This document shows positions 40,301-49,300 of a stretch of DNA of 64,000 bases, piece by piece; position 1 is the first letter of the stretch, and each line of letters opens with the position of its first letter. The DNA lies in NCBI GenBank assembly GCA_977017645.1, contig OZ360247.1:32736001-32800000 (forward strand), read 5' to 3'. Below the pieces are notes generated by a model, which was not told the DNA's origin, searched no databases, and was given only the letters and a program-made list of their open reading frames with translations. Position numbers and translations under genes: made by a program. The stretch comes from Torpedo marmorata (Eukaryota).

Positions 40301-43300
40301 AAAAATGACGTAGCAATTTGGTCACTTGCACTAAATACAAGACATGATTCAGTTATGTTGAAGTTAATGGAACTAAAACATAAAATTCCACGTTCAACTG
40401 GTAGCAATACTTGCCTGTAGATTTAGTACTACAAATCCAAGGCAATTTTATCCCACTTTTCTCAAGCTCTTTGAGGTGAGATATTAGAGCTTGATTTGGC
40501 AGTGTAAACATAGGGCTAGATATGCTGACTTTTAAATAAAAGACCTAGTATAAAGACAATTTTATTGTAAACTTAAATACCCCAGTGCAAATTGAATTGA
40601 ATAAATGTCTATTAAAACAAAACTTCGTAAAATTCTGGGATTGTTGATAAAATAATTTGTTCAATTTAATGTAGGTTTCACTAAACATGCAAAAGAATCT
40701 GGATTAAACTCCTATGTCTGCTCTACCCTTCAATAATATCATGGCTGATCTTTGACCTCGGTGTCACTTTCCTGTCCTAACCCCATATCCCATTATTCCC
40801 TTAATATCTAAAAATCTAAACATGTTTTAAAAAGTAAGGAAAAATTCTATGTGATACAGTAATGATATTTGTAAATAAAATTTGCATGTCAAGGACAACC
40901 TTTCCTGGACATGAAACACCTCCTCATTAGTCAGAAAGGTGCAGCAGTACTACACTTCCTAAAGAGGCTGAGTTGGGCAAGGCTACCAGCCCCCATCTTG
41001 ACAACATTCGAGAGTGTCAGGTCTGGCTGCATCATCGTGCGGTATGGGAGCAGCAAAGCATCAGACTGGAAGTCTATACAGAGGATCATTAAAGCAGCAG
41101 AGAGAATCACTGGGGTCTCCCTTTGCTCTATTAATGACATTTATTGGAGGTGTTGCCTAAATAGGACTCAAGGAATTATAGATGACCTTTTCCATCCAGC
41201 GCACAGTATCTATAACCCACTACCGTTAAGAAGGAGGAACAGAAGTATCAAAATCAGGACTGCCAGGCTGGGTAATAGCTACTTCCTGCAGGCTGTGAGA
41301 GTGATGAACAGAATCCTGCAACCCTGTAAATCATACCAAAATATTTATATATATTTATTTTTATTATTTATGTGGTCATTATGTACTGTGTATTGTGTAT
41401 TTTTGTGTGTGTATATATTTCATGGTTTGGAGAGACGTTTCGTCGGGTTGTCTTTGTACAATCAGATAATAATAAACTTGAACTTTAAAAATTACAATCA
41501 AATGAATTGTCATATTAAATACATTTATACAAAATAATTGTGTGAATTAATTATTATTATTTGCTATGTTTTTAGGGTGCGACTGGCTTCCCTGGTGCTG
41601 CTGGCAGAGTTGGTCCTCCCGGTCCTAGTGTAAGTACAGAATATGACTTTCAAGATGCTGATCTATTTTGATATTCAAATCAATGGGATGTTTATCAAGT
41701 GAATTGTAATTATGGTATTTATCTAGTAATGCAATATTGTACCAAATATTATCATTATAAAATATTAATTCACAAGATCACAAGATATAGGAGCAGAAGT
41801 AGACCCATTGGCCCATCGAGTCTGCTCCGTCATTCTAATCATGAGCCGATCCATCCTCCCACTCAGCCGCACTCCCCGGCTTTCTCCCCGTAACCCTCGA
41901 TGCCCTGACTAATCAAATACCTGTCAATCTCTGCCCTAAATACACCCAACGACCTCGCTTCCACAGTCGCCTGTGGCTGAAGAACTTTTTCAGCGTCTCT
42001 GGTTTAAATGGACCCCCTTTTATCCTGAAGTTGAGCCCTCTTGTCCTAGACTCCCCTACCATGGGAAACATAATTGCAAAAATGCAAGAAAACATTCTGA
42101 ACTGTTTCCATGTTCTTGTTAAGGTTAAGCTGCAAACTGAAACACGTGTGCTTTACCTCTTGTGCTCATCTATAGGGGAATTCTGGTCCTCCTGGTCCAC
42201 CTGGCCCTTCCGGTAAAGAAGGTCCTAAAGGATTACGTGGTGAAACTGGCCCTGTTGGCCGTCCTGGTGAACCCGGTGTTGCTGGTCCTTCTGGCCCTAC
42301 TGGCGAAAAGGGAGCTCCTGGTCCTGATGGTCCTGCTGTAAGTGGCTTAACTCCGAATAAAGACTTTCTATACACTGCCCTACTTTTTTCTTCTTTGTTA
42401 AGCAGTCATTTGAAAAATTCCTGCCATAATTAGCACTTGAAAAGAAACATCTATATGAGCTTTAAAAATAGTAAGTGTTCACAAAGGAAAATTTTAACTT
42501 CTCCAGTGGTACAAAACAGAATGTGGCAGAATGGTACTGTAATGTACAGCCATTCCTCTTCCACAGATTGCGGGCTCAATTTTAACATTTAAGAGTAATT
42601 TGGACAGGTACGTGGATGGGAGAGGTGTGGAGGGCTATGGACTGGGTGCAGGTCAGTGGGACTAGGCAAAGAAAATGGTTCGGCACAGACAAGAAGGGCC
42701 GAAGAGGCCTATTTCTGTGCTGCAACGTTCTATGGTCCTAGTAGTCAAGGAAGGGGAAAATTAGGCAGCATTTATAAAGAGAAGCCAATCTGCTACCATA
42801 TATGAAATTTCATTTTGTATTGTCAAGATTTTAAGATTTTTAATCCCTTAAAATTATCAGAGGAAAGAATTGTATCATGTATCTATCTTGCATCCTATGC
42901 TATTTAGTACAAAATGAAGAAGAGCTTTTATGTTTAAATGATTGACTTGCATTAAATGAATTTAAAATTAAATTCATTTGCCAAAAAAATCATTTAAAAT
43001 TCTTGTGGTTTCCAATGATTTTTTTTTGTCTTCCTAGGGTCCATCTGGTATCCCTGGACCTCAGGGTCTTGCCGGTATCCGTGGTATCGTTGGTTTGACA
43101 GGAACGAAAGGTGAACGTGGTCTAATGGGACTCCAAGGTCAAACTGTGAGTTTCATATCTTTAATGTTTTCTGAGATTCTTCAGATAGCATGTAGTCTTT
43201 TCAATGAGCCATATCTCGTATAGACTTTTGAGCAGCCTAAACACTTTGTCTCATGATGTAATCAGCAGAAAACACATAAACATTAAGACTTTCTTTATAA

Positions 43301-46300
43301 CATTTACTGATGATTATACTTTGAAGTCAATTTTTTTTCCAAGAATATATACATTTGCTATTGATTTTCTTCTCTGCAATATGATCTGTTATGTTTCAAC
43401 ATTACATCTTCTCTTAACGCTGAGTCCATTAACCAGAAGTATTTTCTCTATTCTACCTAGGGTGAACCTGGCAAGCAAGGTCCAGTTGGTGCACCTGGTG
43501 ATCGTGGACCTCCCGGTCCAATGGGTCCTCCTGGTATCGCTGGCCCACCTGGTGAATCTGGTCGTGAGGTATGAATGTAACCAAATTAAGGCACCTGAAA
43601 AATTGATTTAAATTGGTTTCATAGTACAATGCTTAAACACTTGTGTTTGCACCTGTCAACGAAAGTAACTGGTAGGATCTCCTACCTGCTGCCGATTTCG
43701 AATCCTGTTTTAATAGGGATCCTGTCGACTACGGCAAGCCTGAAAATGAATTTAACATTCAAAGACCTCGATTTTTAACTGACTTTATTTCACATGATAT
43801 ATCATGGAGAGTAGGTGGCAGTCTCCACTGCTTACCGATTCTGAAATAAGAACACAAGAAATAAGAGCAGGAGTAGGCCATCCGGCTTGTCAAGCCTGCT
43901 CTGCCGTTCAATGTGATCATGGCTCATTTGATGATAGGCTCATCTCCACCTACCTGCCTTTTCCCCATATCCCTTAATTCCCTTACTACTTCTACTTCTA
44001 CAAACGCGTATATTTATACAGAGAGACGAACAATCGTTACAGAAAATAGGATAACTGCATGGAATAAACCTGTTGAAAACTACATCAAGACCTTCATTAC
44101 AAATTTTGTATTAAAATCTTAATTTTATCTAATCTGAAGGAAAAAGTGTCAATAACACTGTTAGCATCCTTGACTACGGTTAAGGCTACAACTTAGTTTC
44201 TAAATAATTTGAAGAAGAATGCATCAATAACCACTGTTAGCATCCTTGTCTACAGTTAAGGCTTAACTTCTAAATAATATCTCAGTTAGCAGATCTTGTA
44301 TTTAAAATGGGCTGTTTGCCAACTATGTTAGTATCAGTGTCAAAGCTGAGAGCACAAACTTTCTTTCACAGCTTTGGTGTCAACTATGTTAGTGACTGTC
44401 AATCTTCATAAAATTTCTTCCGCAGCACCTCAGCATTTTTGTAATTTTTGCATACGTTTTTTTTGCACCCCACTCTTTTTTAAAAAAAAAATCAGATTAA
44501 AAATACAATTTAAATGCACAAGAATTAAATAGGATCAGGCTCCATCTTTTATTTCTGTATTAATTAGTGCCTGCCAAAATTATTTGGATAAATGCACGTT
44601 AAAATACAAAATCAAGCTACTTTCAACAAATTAATTCGACCACGAGGAATGCAACTCATTAAAAATGCTGAAGGTGCATTTACCCTTTTGCCTGCAATTT
44701 CCACAAGAGGGTTGAAAATGTTCATTAGAACTCTAATTCCAGCAAAATACGGCTGCAAATAACGTGCCTTTTTCGAAAATTGGGAAGTGCCTTTACTCTC
44801 TCTGGACACTAAACATGTGACGACCATCACCTCATTCTGAATCATGGAGTAAGATCCAGGGATTCTCACTCCATTTTCACTCTGGCATTGTAACGGCCTT
44901 GGCATTTGATTGAACCCTTTGGACTCCATATCCCGGTTTTCAGGGACTACAAACAAGTGCGTATACTCCATGTTCTTGTTTTCCGGGACTGGTTTTATAC
45001 TCAACCACCAGCTGGTTCATACTGGTGTTTGTACTGTAGTCTACCCATGGACCCAGTCCGGAGTGTATATTATGAAAGGTCAAAAATGGCCGGTGTCCAA
45101 AGGGTTAAGCTCTGTACACAATATAGGTTAACATTAACATTGACTTTTCTGCTTTCCACTAAACCTGCTTGTCGTTCCCTTCCCCTCCCCCCTCACCTGT
45201 CCTTCCTGTTTTTCTCCAGCTACCTAGCCATCCCTCCTCCCCCTCTTTGCTGCTGTCCCCTCCCTCCTTTCTCCGCCTATCATCTCCTGCCTTTGCCACC
45301 CTCCTTCCCCCCCCCTCACTCTTTTGTTCGGACGCCTGCCGGCATTTTCTCATACTTTGATGAAGGGCTCAAGCCCGAAACGTCGGTTATGTATTTCTAC
45401 CTTTGCTACATAAAAGACAGTTTGACCTGCTGAGTTTCTCCAGCATTTGTGTTTTTTACTTCACCCACGGTGTCCACAGATTTTCGTGTTTTACTACACA
45501 ATATAGGTGCATCTTTTTGTGAAATGAAATCTCTTTGCACCGACATTGCAACTTGAAAAGTAAATGCATCTTAAGAGCATTGGTGAAAAGAATTCTCAAA
45601 ATTTTAGATCATTTACATTTTTATCTTTATTTCCTACAGGGTGCTCCTGGAGCTGAAGGTGCCCCTGGTCGTGATGGTGCGACTGGTCACAAGGTCAGTA
45701 GTTTTTCTCCATTTCTGGCTCCCAAATATTGCTCATTACCTTTTTTTAATGTCATTACATTTGGCCAGTTAATTACTGGTGTAAAAGCTAACATTATGTT
45801 CCTTTTCAGGGTGATCGTGGTGAATCTGGTCTGCCCGGTGCTCCTGGCGCTCCCGGTGCTCCTGGCGCTCCGGGTCCAGTTGGACACGCTGGCAAGAATG
45901 GCGATCGTGGTGAACCTGTAATTACAATATTTGTTCTAAACTCTACCATTTAAAATGCATTGATTTAAAATTTGACAATTAGATTCACATTTTGTTTTGT
46001 TTTACAGGGGTCTGCTGGTCCTGCCGGTCCTGCCGGCCCAATGGGTCCTCGTGGTCCAGTTGTAAGTAGCATTTACTTTTTAACATTATTCAACAAAATG
46101 TTCAACTTTACTCAGTAGAGTCAAATTCCTTCAGGGCGCCCGATGAAAATCCTCAGCACGGTTAGCTTAGCCGTTAGCGTGACGCAATTACAGCTAACTG
46201 TAAGGAGTTTGCACGTTCTCCCTGTGTCTGCGTGGGTTTTCCCCGGGGGGCTCAAAAACGTACTGGGGGGTTGTAGGTCAATTGGGCGGCACGGGCTGAA

Positions 46301-49300
46301 AGGGCCTGTTACCGTGCTGTATGTCTAAATTTCAAACAATTTTGCAGGTCGATTTTATTTTATAATCATTTAAGTACATGCAAAGGTTAAGTGCATGCTT
46401 ACCTTTTTGTTTGTCAGAGGTAACACAAAAATGTGTTGGCTAAACCAAATGCATGATTGCTATAATATTAAAAAGGTTTTAAGTTTATTGTAAACAGTGT
46501 AGGGCAGTGGTTCTCAACCTTTTTTTTTTAACACTTGCATACCACCTGTGCTCTGTGGTTAGTAAGGGATTACTTAAGTTGGTATGTGAGTGGGGGAAAA
46601 AAAAGTTTGAGAATCACTGGTGTAGTGCATATTAACCCAACTACAGCAGGACCGCCCTTTCTTAGATTTTCAGAAATGTAAATAATGAAACTCCAAATAG
46701 CAGTAATTGTATGGAATCTCTTTTCAAATAGGGTGCAGTTGGTCCCCGTGGTGATAAAGGTGAATCCGGTGAAGCTGGTGGAAGAGGCATTAAAGGACAC
46801 AGAGGCTTCCCAGGTGTTCAAGGTCTGCCTGGTCCCCCAGTAAGTTACCCATTTTCATTGAAAAGAACAACTCTTATTTCTGCAAGTAGTTCTTTCTGCA
46901 CAAGGTTTAAATGTTTTAAGATATTAGAAAATTTAGTATTAGGAATAGATTGAATATGTATCAGGTAGAATATTTGCGAATTGCTTTAGCTGTCTCAAAA
47001 AAATGTATTGCTATTACTTGGAAATCAGATTTAGGTTTAAGTTTAGATAGGTGGCATGCAGAACTCCGTTCGTGTATTCCTTTGGAAAAGATTACTTACA
47101 ACTTATGTAATAAATATCATTCTTTTTTAAAAATTTGGAGCCCATATATGAGAATTATGGGTTTAAGGATTTGAAATCTCTAGAAATCAGGTCTATCGGC
47201 GAGTTTAACCTCCAGGATAGAATAAGTTTTTAGATGCTTCTCTCCTCACTATTAATCTATTAATCTATTTTTCTTTTTCTTTCTTTCTTTTTTTTTTAAA
47301 CTATTTTTAGAATAGTGGGGTGGGGGGTGTTAGGGTGGGGTGGGAGGGTTTGGGGGGAGGAAATTTATATCACTTGTATTTTGGAAACTATATATTTTGA
47401 TTTGTGTATTGTGTGATTTAAAATTTAAATAAAAGAATAAAAAATAAAAAAAATAAAAAGGTTTAAATGTTTTACTTTATTTGACAGGGTCCTCCCGGTG
47501 AACAAGGTCCTTCTGGTTCCTCTGGTGCTGCAGGTCCCCGTGTAAGTCTCCCCTCCGTTGCAAAAAAAAAAAATGTCTTTTAGTTACTCTAATCTTCTCA
47601 CTAAGCAAGACTGTGTTTCAGTTACATTCAATAACAGAAAAAGAAAACATTAAAATTTGGAATGCGTAATCTTTCTATAATTACTCCAGTGTCCTTAATA
47701 TTAGGAGAATCTGACAAAATGGTCACAGATTTAACTTGTTACTTTTTCCCTGTCTTCTAGGGTCCCGCTGGCCCATCTGGTTCTCCTGGTAAAGATGGTG
47801 CTAATGGCTTGCCTGGTCCAATCGGTCCACCTGGTCCTCGTGGTCGTACTGGTGAAATTGGTCCTGTTGTAAGTAAAAACTCGATTGATGCCATTACAAT
47901 TGATGATGAGTTTGATCCTCTTCAAGCCATGTTTCCTTAATTGCATTTTCACCCCCCTGCAGGGCCCAGCTGGACCTCCTGGTATCCCTGGTCCCCCTGG
48001 CCCATCTCATGGAGGATTCGACTTCCAATTTGGAGCACCACAAATCGAAAAAGGTCCAGATCCACTCCGTTACTTCAGGGCAGATGATGCTGGTGCTATT
48101 GTAGATCGTGATATTCAAGTTGACACCACTCTGAAATCCCTGACCCAGCAAATTGAGAGCATCCGCAGCCCCGAGGGTACCAGAAAGAACCCAGCCCGTA
48201 CTTGCCGTGATCTGAAGATGTGCCACCCAGAATGGAAGAGCGGTAAGCTGAGATACGAACCTGATCTATACTCTTCATAACCAACATTGAAATTTATCCG
48301 CGGAGTAAATTTAAATGTAGGGAAAATACATTATAAACAAGAATCGCTATTTTGATTGAAGTAAAATTCAACTGCACAAAAGGTCGAAGTTAGGTTTGAG
48401 TTGACTTTTATCTTTATCAGGGTGTTATAAAGCCAATTGTTGTGTGGAAAGGGAAAAGTTTGGTGGGTTCAAAGAATAGTGGGTCTGGATACAGGCTGAA
48501 TGCAGAAATCATCTTTATTGAAACACACATAAGGGGATCGCAACAGGGATAACACAATCACACAACACAGTGCAACCCAGTCACATTGGGCTTTATTCTA
48601 CCGATACCAGCAACTGCTTACACTCTTGCAAGCACAAGTCACATTGGACTATAATAGAACTGAAATTGGTCTTGGTGAATCACCAGTGGAACATCAAACA
48701 AATTCACCATTTTTTATACAGGTGATTACTGGATTGATCCAAACCAAGGCTGCATTCTGGATGCCATCCGTGTGTACTGTAACATGGAAACTGGTGAGAC
48801 ATGTGTCTATTCAAGCCCACAATCCATCCCACAAAAGAACTGGTACATCACTAAGAATCCAAAAGAGAAGAAACATGTCTGGTTTGGCGAGAACATGGAT
48901 GGTGGCTTCCAGGTAGGAACAAATATTTTTTCTTAACTTATAGAAATTATTATTCATTAAACTTACCAGGTAATTTTGTTTTATTAATGATGAAATGGTA
49001 AATTAAAATGGATTTGTTTAGCAAAAAAAGGTCATTCAAAGCTTATTGTGACCTTAAAGTATCTTACTGCTTTGGAAGTATGCTTCAAAATTACACTTTT
49101 AGAATGAATAACTTAAATTTTCTTAAATAAACTTAAATAAAACTTTTATTCCTTCTGATTTTAGTTTGGCTATGGTGGTGACGATGGTGTTCTTGCCAGC
49201 GATGTTGCAATCCAGATCACCTTCCTGCGCTTAATGTCTTCTGAGGCAACACAGAACATCACATACCACTGTAAGAACAGCATTGCCTACATGGATGAAG

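Noticed and set aside
41770-42740. Oppositely oriented CR1 fragments around exon 40 as circRNA drivers
   Set aside because: Different subfamilies with little visible complementarity
44150-44280. ~76-bp imperfect tandem duplication in intron 42
   Set aside because: Ordinary local duplication with no further structure
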